From the NCBI GenBank assembly GCA_050177605.1, contig JBFXGX010000007.1:1-64000 (forward strand): a stretch of 64,000 nucleotides of DNA, read 5' to 3'. Positions 19,373-29,900 of this stretch are shown here, in pieces. This DNA comes from Candidatus Izemoplasmatales bacterium. Lineage in GTDB: Bacteria; Bacillota_I; Bacilli_A; Izemoplasmatales; Hujiaoplasmataceae. Each line of letters opens with the position of its first letter. Position 1 is the first letter of the stretch. The position numbers and the translations under genes are program-made. Below the pieces are notes generated by a model. It saw only the letters and a program-made list of their open reading frames with translations, did no database searches and was not told where the DNA came from.

Positions 19373-20356
19373 ATGGGTAAAATTGTACTTATTTTTACTG
19401 GTGGAACGATTTCAATGAAAATGGATGATTCTAACCACACTGTCATCCCAGCGCTCTCAGCGACTGAAATTATGAGTAATCTATTACAAAGCGATTTATA
19501 CAAAGACTTAGAAACAATCGAATTTTCAAAAGTTCCTTCTCCATCCATTACACCTAAGATGATGCTTGATCTATCAATCTTAATTGAAAAGTATTTATCA
19601 CTTGATGAATATGATGGAGCTGTTCTCGTTCATGGGACAGATACTTTAGAAGAGACTGCTTTCTTTCTTGATATCCTTCATTCATCAAAAAAACCGATTG
19701 TGGTTACCGGTTCAATGAAGTCAAGTTCTGAACTTGGATATGATGGGATTAACAATTTAGTCTCTTCCATTTTAGTCGCAAAATCACATGATGCTTTTGA
19801 TAAAGGTGTCTTAGTGGTAATGAATGATCAAATTAATGCTGCTAGTGAAGTGACGAAATCGAATACATTATCTTTGGATACATTTAAGTCACTTGACTAT
19901 GGACCTCTTGGAATTGTTGATTCAAAACAAGTTATCTTCCACCGAAAGGTATCTTATGCTCGGACGCATATTCAAACGAATTCTTTTGTTTCTGAGGTGG
20001 TATTAATTAAGGCATATGCTGGTATGGATTCATCTTATTTCACTTATTTATCCTCTCTACCTTCAACCAAAGGTGTTGTCATCGAAGCTCTTGGTAGAGG
20101 TAATTTACCACCAGATACGTTACCTGGGATTTCAGATTTAATTCGTAAGGGAATTCCAATAGTGATTACTTCTCGCTGTCCTTCAGGTCGAGTTCTCGAT
20201 ACCTATGGTTACATTGGTGGTGGAAAACATCTCACAAAATTAGGCTGCATCTTAGCTCCAAATTTAAATGGACAAAAGGCAAGAATCTTATTAATGCTGG
20301 CATTATCAAAAATAAACGATTTAGCTAATTTAAAACAAATATTCTCGCTAGAATAA
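19373..20356 (+). CDS. ansA: L-asparaginase
   Basis: IFTGGTISM, HGTDTLEET, VVTGSM and GRGN motifs. Confidence 0.93.
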   Translation: MGKIVLIFTGGTISMKMDDSNHTVIPALSATEIMSNLLQSDLYKDLETIEFSKVPSPSITPKMMLDLSILIEKYLSLDEYDGAVLVHGTDTLEETAFFLDILHSSKKPIVVTGSMKSSSELGYDGINNLVSSILVAKSHDAFDKGVLVVMNDQINAASEVTKSNTLSLDTFKSLDYGPLGIVDSKQVIFHRKVSYARTHIQTNSFVSEVVLIKAYAGMDSSYFTYLSSLPSTKGVVIEALGRGNLPPDTLPGISDLIRKGIPIVITSRCPSGRVLDTYGYIGGGKHLTKLGCILAPNLNGQKARILLMLALSKINDLANLKQIFSLE

Positions 20357-20388
20357 AAAAAGTCTTCCAAATCGGAAGACTTTTTTCT

Positions 20389-20796
20389 TTACTCTTTATC
20401 TTTTTTTAATAAGTTATTTAAGTCAGATGTTTCTTTTTTTGTGCTTTGATGTGTAAGGTATAACAGTCCTGCATAGATTGCAAGAATGATTCCAATGAAT
20501 AAGTAGATAACGAATGTATAGCGGAAAATAATCACATCATAAAGCCTTCTTAGAATGAATACAGTGGGAAGTAATACCAAGAAACTTAAGAGGATGTTAA
20601 TGAGTGCATTCCCTTTTTCTCTTTCAAAAATCAATCGACTGAACGTAAGGAAGAGTGCCATCATCAATGAGCCTAATGTGAGTGCGATAAACCCATACGT
20701 AATATTTAGCCTGTGTAGAATAGCGAGTGTAATGAAGAGTTGAATCATCGATGCGATAAAAAACATCTTCATAAATACTTTCGAAAATCGTCTCAT
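20389..20796 (-). CDS. Four-TM membrane protein, probable LytTR-system partner/inhibitor (DUF3021-like)
   Basis: Four hydrophobic segments; C-terminal ..LNNLL; overlaps the LytTR stop codon by 1 nt. Confidence 0.65.
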   Translation of the reverse strand: MRRFSKVFMKMFFIASMIQLFITLAILHRLNITYGFIALTLGSLMMALFLTFSRLIFEREKGNALINILLSFLVLLPTVFILRRLYDVIIFRYTFVIYLFIGIILAIYAGLLYLTHQSTKKETSDLNNLLKKDKE

Positions 20797-21239
20797 TAAA
20801 TTGTACCTCCTAACTTCATCTTCAGTGCGCTTACATACATTCTTGAGATAATTACTGTTTCTTTATTATCGAGCAATGCATGCATCTTTGAGTTGAGTGT
20901 TGATGCGAAAGAGATGATCTTTGATGTGTTTAAAATGGTCGTTTTATTGATGCGTATAAAGGGTGTATTGTATAAGGATTCTTCAAGTTGATAGAGTTTG
21001 AATTCTGTCTCAAATACATCATTTTTTGTATAGGCAAACACTTTCTTATCAACACTATCAAAATAGTATATTTCGGTCCATTTAACTTTCATTTGACGAC
21101 CTTCTTTTTTTAAATATAAATCATCATTTAGAAGAGAGAGATGTTTCAATATTTGAGTTACTTCTTCACTCTTTGATTTCGCTCTTACAACGACTTCTAC
21201 TTCCTCTAAATTATTGATTTCTTCATACCGTATTTTCAC
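20796..21239 (-). CDS. Stand-alone LytTR family transcriptional regulator
   Basis: IYYFDSVDKKVF, KLYQLEE, FIRINK and ISRMYV motifs; no receiver domain; GTG start. Confidence 0.9.
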   Translation of the reverse strand: MKIRYEEINNLEEVEVVVRAKSKSEEVTQILKHLSLLNDDLYLKKEGRQMKVKWTEIYYFDSVDKKVFAYTKNDVFETEFKLYQLEESLYNTPFIRINKTTILNTSKIISFASTLNSKMHALLDNKETVIISRMYVSALKMKLGGTI

Positions 21240-21242
21240 AGT

Positions 21243-21893
21243 TTACTCCTGGTAACTTTGAAGCAAAATGATGGCATTGTTCATTATTGTATTAATTTCT
21301 ATAACGAGTGTTTCTCTGGTACTTAAGACATCATCTACTTGTAAATAGGTATCGTAAATTTGTTCCAAATGATCGATATCGTAAAGACCTCTTAAATCTC
21401 TCATTTGGGCATAGGCTTCGCCAATTGTTGCTTGTAAGGAAACTTTGATTTCTTTGAGTCTTTGGATCCAATTATCGACGATTAATTTATCCTCATCTGA
21501 AAGTGTAATTCCCTGTTCTTTTAAACCATCAATGATGGTTTTAAGTGTTTCAAGTTTAAGTATTATTTGATCGCGATTATCATTGATATTTAATTGATGA
21601 GTAACAATTGATAAGTGTAATGCTCGAATTAAAGCTACTTTTTCTAAGTTGGATAATCCAGGTTCAAAACTTAAATTGGTGGTGATATTGTCAAAACTCA
21701 TACTTAAGATTGTGACATTTTGTTCTGATAAATCCTCACTGCTAACATCGTCTATATTATTCGTTGAGGAGACGACACTCACCATCGTGCTATTTAAATT
21801 CGTTAATGAATCGTTACTACTACATCCTATTAAAACCAACCCTAGGACAAATAATAATCCGACAAAAACTGTTTTTTTCATGACTGATTTCAT
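21243..21893 (-). CDS. Predicted helical lipoprotein
   Basis: RBS AAGGAG then ATG at 21893; signal peptide ending LVLIGC; coiled-coil-like mature region. Confidence 0.75.
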   Translation of the reverse strand: MKSVMKKTVFVGLLFVLGLVLIGCSSNDSLTNLNSTMVSVVSSTNNIDDVSSEDLSEQNVTILSMSFDNITTNLSFEPGLSNLEKVALIRALHLSIVTHQLNINDNRDQIILKLETLKTIIDGLKEQGITLSDEDKLIVDNWIQRLKEIKVSLQATIGEAYAQMRDLRGLYDIDHLEQIYDTYLQVDDVLSTRETLVIEINTIMNNAIILLQSYQE

Positions 21894-21972
21894 TGTAAAA
21901 TTCTCCTTTTTCATTTGTTTTTTTTCTGACTTCATTATACTGCTTTTATTCAATATTCCAAGTCTAATGGGT

Positions 21973-22009
21973 CTAAGTTACAAATAAGCCAGACTAAGTT
22001 ACAGATAAG
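21973..22009 (-). promoter_or_regulatory. Direct repeats, putative LytTR binding site
   Basis: CTAAGTTACA(A/G)ATAAG occurs twice with a 21-bp period (21973 and 21994). Minus-strand TATAAT at 21934-21939. Confidence 0.75.
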
Positions 22010-22031
22010 AAAAAAAGAAGGCAGCGCCTTC

Positions 22032-22586
22032 TTATTTTAACATGAGCTTTAAAGCATCCTTCACCAGTTCGTTGATTGTCTTCGAACTGTCGAGTTTTGA
22101 GATGACTTTTTTGATCTCTTTTGAAGAGTATCCAAGCGCTCCTAAAGCCTCTTCAACTTCAATTAAATTTGTATTCATTTCAGGGAGTGAATCGAACTCA
22201 ATTTTCCCTTTTAAATCAAGGATAATTTGTTGGCTTGCTTTCGGTCCAATTCCTGGAAATTTTTGTAAGTAAGTTGCATTGCCAGACTCAATTGCTTGGG
22301 CAATAGACTCCACCGTTCCTGCAGCTAAAATCGCTTTTGCGGACTTTGGACCAATACCACTTACACTAATTAGTTTTAGAAATAATTCTTTCGCCTCGGG
22401 CGTTTTAAAACCATATAAAGTGATTTCATCTTCACTTACTTTTTGATAGACATAAAGCGTGATTTCTTGAAGATGAGAAAATGAATAAGGATTCGGAGTG
22501 AGGATTTGATATCCAATTTGACCAACCTCTAAAGTGATATAGTTTGCTTTTATTTCAGTAACAATTCCTTTTAGATAGCTATACAT
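22032..22586 (-). CDS. ruvA: Holliday junction branch migration protein RuvA
   Basis: LYGF, VSGIGPKSA, PGIGPK..Q.IILDLK and ALGALGY motifs. Confidence 0.96.
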   Translation of the reverse strand: MYSYLKGIVTEIKANYITLEVGQIGYQILTPNPYSFSHLQEITLYVYQKVSEDEITLYGFKTPEAKELFLKLISVSGIGPKSAKAILAAGTVESIAQAIESGNATYLQKFPGIGPKASQQIILDLKGKIEFDSLPEMNTNLIEVEEALGALGYSSKEIKKVISKLDSSKTINELVKDALKLMLK

Positions 22587-22596
22587 TTCGGTCCTC

Positions 22597-23880
22597 CTAT
22601 TCTACGAATTCTAAATCAAAATCGATGATTTGAATGGTATCACCATTTTTAGCTCCAGCTTTTCTTAATGCATCGTCTACACCGATTTTTCTTAACTGAG
22701 AAAGGAATTTTGTCACAGCTTCATCAGTCATAAAATTAGATCGTTGATAGAATTTATCGACCATCGGTCCACTAACATCATAAGTAGTATCATCTAGTTT
22801 TGTAATAATAAATGGTTGTTCTTCTTCCTTGAATTCCACAATCAATTCATCCAGTACTTCTTTTTCATCATATAAAGAGAATGTAGCTGTTTCTTGAAGT
22901 AATTCATAAGCTCTAGACATCACAGGAAGGAGTCCTTGATTACTTTTAGCACTGATTTCATAGATTTCAATGTCTTCATCGAGTTTCTTTTTGAATGCTT
23001 GAAGCGTATCCATTGCTAAATCGGTATCCATTTTATTCGCTACAACGATTTGTGGACGATTTAACAAATCAAATTTATAAGAGGATAGCTCGTTGTTGAT
23101 GGTCATGAAGTCATCATAGGGATCACGTTCTGAATATCCAGACATATCAATCACATGAATTAAGACTCTTGTTCTTTCAATATGTTTTAAAAATTCAAGA
23201 CCTAATCCTTGACCAAGACTTGCACCTTCAATAATACCAGGCATATCTGCAAGGACAAAACTATGACCTTCGCCAACACTGACAACGCCAAGATTTGGTA
23301 TCAAGGTCGTAAATGGATAATCTGCGATTTTTGGCTTGGATCCACTGACCATCGATATGATCGTTGATTTTCCAACACTTGGGAAACCAACTAATCCAAC
23401 ATCCGCTAGTAATTTCAGTTCAATACGAGCTTCAATTTCAACGCCAGGTTCACCATTTTCTTGTGTTCTTGGTGCTTTATTTCTTGAAGTCGCAAACGCT
23501 TGATTTCCTCTTCCGCCTTTACCACCTTTTGCAATCACTGCTTGTTGGTGTGGTTCGACAAGATCACAAAGGACTTCATTCGTTTGATTATCATATATTA
23601 TCGTTCCTGTTGGAACTTTGATAATCACATCTTTTGCATCAGCGCCACGCATATTTTTGATTTTGCCGCTTTCGCCTGCTTTTGCACGTATATGTTTTAA
23701 GTACTTTAAATCATATAAGGTATTGAGCCCGCTATCAGCTTCAAAGATGACACTGCCACCTTTCCCACCATCGCCACCGGCTGGACCACCATTAGGAACA
23801 TATTTCTCACGACGAAAAGCAACGATACCATCGCCACCTTTTCCGGAGGTTATTTTAATTAAGACTTCATCTAAAAACAT
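22597..23880 (-). CDS. obgE: GTPase ObgE
   Basis: FRREKYVP.GGP.GGDGG, GFPSVGKST, YPFTT, DMPG and NKMD motifs; C-terminal OCT domain. Confidence 0.97.
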   Translation of the reverse strand: MFLDEVLIKITSGKGGDGIVAFRREKYVPNGGPAGGDGGKGGSVIFEADSGLNTLYDLKYLKHIRAKAGESGKIKNMRGADAKDVIIKVPTGTIIYDNQTNEVLCDLVEPHQQAVIAKGGKGGRGNQAFATSRNKAPRTQENGEPGVEIEARIELKLLADVGLVGFPSVGKSTIISMVSGSKPKIADYPFTTLIPNLGVVSVGEGHSFVLADMPGIIEGASLGQGLGLEFLKHIERTRVLIHVIDMSGYSERDPYDDFMTINNELSSYKFDLLNRPQIVVANKMDTDLAMDTLQAFKKKLDEDIEIYEISAKSNQGLLPVMSRAYELLQETATFSLYDEKEVLDELIVEFKEEEQPFIITKLDDTTYDVSGPMVDKFYQRSNFMTDEAVTKFLSQLRKIGVDDALRKAGAKNGDTIQIIDFDLEFVE

Positions 23881-23964
23881 ATACTCACCTATTTACCTAA
23901 AAAAATCTTCTATATTATACCATATTTTATGTAAAAAAAGAAAAAAAGAGTTACAAAAACTCTT

Positions 23965-24447
23965 TTATTCAAAGACACATTCAAATCCGATTCTATTCAT
24001 CCCTGGAATATATCCTATTTCTACAAATCCGAGCGATTTAAGCAGGTTTTGCATTCTTATGTTATCTGGATGAGTATCCACTTTCATCGATTCATAGCTC
24101 TCATTTTTGGCCTTTTGAATCGCAAAACTCATCATAATAGATCCGATTTTCATTCTCATATAGTTTGGATCTACCATCAATCGATGTACCACTAAAGATG
24201 AAGATTTTTTCCAAGTGATTTCATGATAGAAAGGATCATTTTGTGGCAAGATTGAAATGGAAGCTACCACTTTTCCTTCAGTGATAAAAACGTATAAGGC
24301 ATCCTTATCTAAATCTAACTTGAAATGCTCATAGAGTGGGTAGGTATCGCTCCATTGATCAATTCCTTGTTCATGGATATTATTCGTGACTACTCTAGCT
24401 AAAGAGGCTATTTCTTCAAGGTTATTGATTTTCGCCTTCGCTATCAT
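23965..24447 (-). CDS. GNAT family N-acetyltransferase
   Basis: GIDQW..YP, HRLMV and DTHPDN.RMQ..L..LGF motifs. Confidence 0.85.
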   Translation of the reverse strand: MIAKAKINNLEEIASLARVVTNNIHEQGIDQWSDTYPLYEHFKLDLDKDALYVFITEGKVVASISILPQNDPFYHEITWKKSSSLVVHRLMVDPNYMRMKIGSIMMSFAIQKAKNESYESMKVDTHPDNIRMQNLLKSLGFVEIGYIPGMNRIGFECVFE

Positions 24448-25729
24448 AAGTGAGTCCTTTCACGTTCATCTTACTGCCATCAATGATAACTGAAATACTA
24501 TCAGGTTGGTTGGATGGACTGCCATTTAAATAGGTAAAGTCATCGTTTTGTGTATCAATTGTTAAATTTGTTGCATACACCTCGCGAATATCAAGGATAC
24601 TATTATTCGATACGAAATTGAGATTATACCCAATCGCTTGATATAAATAGAAGGAAGATTCGTTTTCTAGATGGAAATTCGCTGTTTGTTTTACATCCCC
24701 CAAAGTGATATTTGCTGTAGAGTGATTTGCAATAAGATCAAAATATAAGGTATCATTCGTGTTAATTCTTATTGTAGAGTTTTGTGCTTCGATATAATAA
24801 CTATCGATTGTATTATTTGGTAGGTCTATATTGACATTTGCATGATTAACAAATAAATTCAATTCTGTTGCGCTGAAATACTCCATCGCTACCGTACCAT
24901 AATTTTCTACATGGACTTCAACATTGTTTATCGGCAAGGTCTCAGGTAAATATAGTTCAATTTGAGGTAGTAAATCATCGACATATTTCTCATAAGTTGT
25001 AATCGCTTGATTAAAGTTGATTTGTATCGTGTTGGTATCTTTATCGATTTGGTAGTCAAGGGTGCATTTTTGTAAAAGCGTATCGTAATAATAGATCACT
25101 TCCATGTCTGTCGTTTCAGACATCGTATAAAGATGGATATTGCCAACGGATGTATTTACAATTAATGTATATCCACTTCCCTCATCAAGTTCATCGGTGA
25201 GGCTTTCAGTATAAGTATCATGATACAAACTGATATTTTCATAAACGCGATAAAGATTACTTTCAGTTGTACTTAAGATTGATTTTGTAACGAGTTTGAC
25301 ACCAAAGATTAATACCATTAACACAAGATAAGCGATAATAGCTCTTTTTCGATTATCTATTTTAATTTTTTTAATCAGGGCAATGATCGATAAGTTCTTA
25401 AAAAATGTATCTATTTTTAGATTTTCTTTGCCGGTAACTTTCGATATCGTGTTCAGCGCCACTTTTGCCATCATTCTGAGTGTGAATAATGCAATTTCAA
25501 GTAACACAAGGATGATGACCAAGGTAAATAAACTGTTTGTACCTAGATAGAGCGCCATCCACAATACTTCTGCGCCACTACCATAAGTTAATATACCTAA
25601 ATCAGTAAAGGCGTAGAGATTGGTTGTTACATAACTAAAACTAAAGATTAAAACGATAAATAACAATACAGAAAGTAATACTTCTGTAAGTGTCATAACA
25701 AATACTTTTTTAAATATTCCTTTTTTCAT
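24422..25729 (-). CDS. Membrane protein with an extracellular beta-strand-repeat region (DUF4097/adhesin-like)
   Basis: About 3 N-terminal TM segments followed by an Asn/Thr-rich region of alternating-hydrophobic strands (NTSVGNI, IELYLP). Confidence 0.55.
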   Translation of the reverse strand: MKKGIFKKVFVMTLTEVLLSVLLFIVLIFSFSYVTTNLYAFTDLGILTYGSGAEVLWMALYLGTNSLFTLVIILVLLEIALFTLRMMAKVALNTISKVTGKENLKIDTFFKNLSIIALIKKIKIDNRKRAIIAYLVLMVLIFGVKLVTKSILSTTESNLYRVYENISLYHDTYTESLTDELDEGSGYTLIVNTSVGNIHLYTMSETTDMEVIYYYDTLLQKCTLDYQIDKDTNTIQINFNQAITTYEKYVDDLLPQIELYLPETLPINNVEVHVENYGTVAMEYFSATELNLFVNHANVNIDLPNNTIDSYYIEAQNSTIRINTNDTLYFDLIANHSTANITLGDVKQTANFHLENESSFYLYQAIGYNLNFVSNNSILDIREVYATNLTIDTQNDDFTYLNGSPSNQPDSISVIIDGSKMNVKGLTYDSEGENQ

Positions 25730-25737
25730 TTCTACAC

Positions 25738-26919
25738 CTACATTCTTGATGTTTTGTTCGAAGGCATTGCAATATACATTTCAGCTAAGTATCCTGTTTG
25801 ATTAAAATACTCATCTGTAACGGATTTGATAAAATGGTCCAACAAGTCATTTTTAACAATATTGACAGTACAACCACCAAAACCTGCGCCAGTCATTCTA
25901 GCACCGATTGCGCCATGTTTCATCGCTAATGAAACAAGTAGATCAAGTTCTTTTACGGAGACTTGAAAATCGTCTCTTAACGAATGATGAGAGGCAAGTA
26001 GATTTTGTCCAACCGTCATCAAATCATTTTGTTCTAGCGCTAATTTGGTTGAAAATACTCTCGCTTGTTCTGTAATCGCATGTTTTGCTCGTTTCATCCA
26101 AACTGGATTAGAGCACAGAGGAGCGTATTCATTATACTGATCAATTGTGATACTACATAAATCAAATACATCTATATATTGTTTAAAAAATTCAAGAGCA
26201 CTGGCACATTCATTTCTTCGGTCATTATAAGCACTTTCCACTAAGCCACGTCGTTTCTTTGAATTGATAATGACTACCGTTTCATTCTTGAGTTGAAATG
26301 GAACGACATCGAACTTGAGTGTCGATGTATTGAGCATTAACGCTGAATCTTTTTCACCATTGAGAATAACAAATTGATCCATAATACCACAATTCACATC
26401 GATATACTTGTTTTCAACTCGTTGCGTTAACACTGACAAATACGTACGATCGAGTCCTAAATCAAACATATCATTCATCATCACCGCGATAAGTGCTTCT
26501 ATGGAGGCACTACTAGATAATCCAGCACCACTTGGTAAAGTCGATGAAATTGCGATATTAAATCCTTGATGAATAGATGAAGATGCTTCTTGTAAGTATA
26601 AAATAACGCCCTTAACGTAATTTGCCCAGTCGTCTTCTTTTTTATATTTTAAATCATCAAGGGATGTTTTAAAAATACCTTGTTCTGGAAAAGAATCTGA
26701 AAATAAATGGATTTCTCTGTCTTTACGAAACGAAAAGGTACCATAATTTCCTAATGAAATCGCAAACGGAAAGACGTTTCCGCCATTATAGTCAATATGT
26801 TCTCCAATAAAGTTTACGCGTCCAGGAGAAAAGAAAATATCAATCTTTTCATCATCTTTAAAGAGGTTTCTATGGAGATTAAAGTATTTTGTGTACATGT
26901 TTATCACCTCATCCATCAT
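25738..26919 (-). CDS. galK: Galactokinase
   Basis: PGRVNFIGEHIDYN, GAGLSSSA, CGIMDQF and GARMTGAGFGGC motifs. Confidence 0.96.
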   Translation of the reverse strand: MMDEVINMYTKYFNLHRNLFKDDEKIDIFFSPGRVNFIGEHIDYNGGNVFPFAISLGNYGTFSFRKDREIHLFSDSFPEQGIFKTSLDDLKYKKEDDWANYVKGVILYLQEASSSIHQGFNIAISSTLPSGAGLSSSASIEALIAVMMNDMFDLGLDRTYLSVLTQRVENKYIDVNCGIMDQFVILNGEKDSALMLNTSTLKFDVVPFQLKNETVVIINSKKRRGLVESAYNDRRNECASALEFFKQYIDVFDLCSITIDQYNEYAPLCSNPVWMKRAKHAITEQARVFSTKLALEQNDLMTVGQNLLASHHSLRDDFQVSVKELDLLVSLAMKHGAIGARMTGAGFGGCTVNIVKNDLLDHFIKSVTDEYFNQTGYLAEMYIAMPSNKTSRM

Positions 26920-26979
26920 TATACTTTAAAAGCATTGATTTCGCAATTTAAAAATAAATGAAAAAAGGACGTTAGTCCT

Positions 26980-29900
26980 TTAGTTCAATTCAATGATTAA
27001 TTTACTTACGAGCTTATTTCGAACAAGCAATGCATCATTACCTATTAATTTATTCCCTTGAACGACTTTATTGGTTCCATCAGGAAGAATTAATGTATAG
27101 TTTGTCACAGTTAAATCTTTTCCATCTTTACCACTGATATTTTGATAAACGACAGGAACACCTTGGAACACGGTTTCAATGACACCGTTTTTAAAGAATT
27201 CCTTCGATAGTAATGGTTTTAAAGTGAGAGCTAGCTCGTTATTATCTAAATGATATAACTCTTTTCCATAGACGAGGATTGCCCAGATACTTAACATTTC
27301 AGCGGTAGAGCCAGACAAACGGCTAACAAATCCTTGTGAGAAAATATGTGGATTTGGATTGTTGCTAGTGGCGATAAAAGACGAGTTTTCTAATGTCGAA
27401 CGTCCATATTTTTCAGGGTCTAAATTGTAAACGAGATTTTTAACGCTTTCTTCAAAGAACTCATCAATATTTCCAGATTTCAAGATGCCGAGGAGATATT
27501 TATACGTCATATGAAGGAAATTAGATTCTCTTTCTAACCATCCTTTTGTAAATGCACGAATTCGGCCAATTTCATAGCCCCAGTCATCTAAATCACTACT
27601 AGTCTTATACATTCCAAGAACTTCATCATATAGATCAGTTTTTTTGATATGTTCTATCATATCTTTATTTGCGGCTTGATCTTTTCTTACTTTCAGTAAT
27701 CTAGCAGGTCCTTCAAGGAAGTAAGGTAAAGGTTTTACAGAAAATGAATGTACTTTCGCTTTCGGTAAACCATAATGAGAATTGACTTTGTTTCCAGAAG
27801 CATCAAGTACATAGTCAAATGAATCTGCTTCAAAAGTAAAGTATGTTGGCATAATTCCTTTTCCTAGAACAAGAGCCTTATCAATCGCTTTTTGTAATTT
27901 ATCTTGCATTAACAAGAGTAATTTCTTTAATTCGTTCCCTTTTACATTGACGATATCACTTGATGGAGTTCTTAAAGATTCACGATAGTCCTCTAGCAAT
28001 GTTTTCACTTGATCCCAGTAATCATACTCTGACTTCGCAGAAACGCCTTCGACAGCCGTGTAGAATGATTTAAATGAACTCAGTAGCGATAGATTTGCAT
28101 TCTCTTCTAAATGAAGAATCAGATAGTCTACAAGTCTCTTAAGTTCAATTGTTTCAGGCATTCCACTACCAAATAATCCAGGTAATCCATTCATTGCATC
28201 ATTCCAACCTGGTTTATTGCCTTCCATTTCGATACCAAGACCATGAGAGTCAAGCAAAGCATATTTGTTGAATGCTAAAACGAATAGTTTTGAATATAAA
28301 TTAGTATAGATGATCTCTTTTTCTTTGTTCGTTAACCAATTTGTACCATGTGGGTTAATTCCATAGGAAGAAACAATGACATCATCTGGGTGACGAAGCG
28401 AACCATATTGTCTAACATTCCCTTCCTTATCAACCACTGTTTTCTCACTTCTTGGATAGACGGAAACTCCAGAGAGGAAATAAGCGTATTTATATTCATC
28501 GAATAAAACAGAACTCATTTTATCAGGGAATACATGTTCGTAATTTTCAACTAAATCGAGGATATAGGTCCAGTGATCACTCCAATAGCCTTCACCAAAA
28601 GATGACTCGATATTTTGAGATGATTTTGAAAGAATGGTTTCTAGTAAAACTTCATCTGAAAGGGTGGAGTTAATTCCTAAATTATAGGCTAAATTGATAA
28701 TACTTCCTGGTGTAAATTTTCCACTTAAATGTTCTACTAATTCATGGTTATCCGATTGGAAACATTCTTTAATCAGCGTTTTTGCATCATTTTTTGATTT
28801 TAATTCAAACGTTGATCCGTTAATACTTAATGGGTTATAGCCATCAGCTTGAATGAGCGACGCAAACACGTGGAAATTATAATCACCAATTTCAGGATGT
28901 AATAATATATCACTTCGACGATTTTGACAAACGTCTCTGAAGTTACCATTTCCTTGTGAATAGAACTCGGGAGCGATTGTAAAAAAGTTATAGTCTCTTT
29001 CTAAATCGCCATGTTTACGGCTATATAAATAATAGACATAGTTTTTATCTTTTGTCGGAATCGTAAATGGATAACCACCACGAAGAAGATTATCAAGATA
29101 GTTTTGACGAATATATTCATCAAAAAGGGGAACATTCGTCACGGTTTTTACTTCGTCAAGAAGTACATCAATAACCTCTTTTGCTTCATTCTCTTTGTTT
29201 TCAAAATAGGTTGGAACAGAAAGAGTATTTAATTTATCATAAACAACTTCAACATTTTTTGTATATCCGATTAAGGTATCAATCGTAATCGTTTCTTTTG
29301 ATTTTATCAGTGATATTACCGGCGTAAACCCACAAGGGACTTTGTTTTCAGTAATCTGTTTCTCAGTCATAATTTTCGATAATGAATTTTCTTCAAAATA
29401 GCGAGGATATTTTAAAGCAGTATCATAATCAAACACTAAATCAAGATCTGTGATTGGTGTAGTTAATTGATGATTCACAAAAGAAACGTAAAAATTACCA
29501 TCTTTCACAGCTTTGGTTTCAGCTTCATCACCAGTAGACGAACGTAGTTTGAAGAAAGCAAATTTATTTTCAAGTTCTTCAACATTCATCCATGATCTTA
29601 ATAAGTTTGATATCGCTTTATAGCCGCCGTAGTCGATACCTGATGGCAATAACTGTGCAATTCCATCTAGGACCTCGATGTCATAGTCTTGTTCAGTAGG
29701 ATTTGATATTTCAACTCTTCTTGTTAGAGCAGCAATATCTTCATTTGGTAACCCAAAATAAGTTACTTTAACGGTAAGACCATAATTCGAAAGTGTTTCT
29801 TCAAGCACTAAAGAGGCTTGTGTAATCTTCATTGTTCTCGAAGTAGCTTCTTGATTTGAGCCAAAGCATTCCACAACTTCACCATTAATTTTAATGAAAG

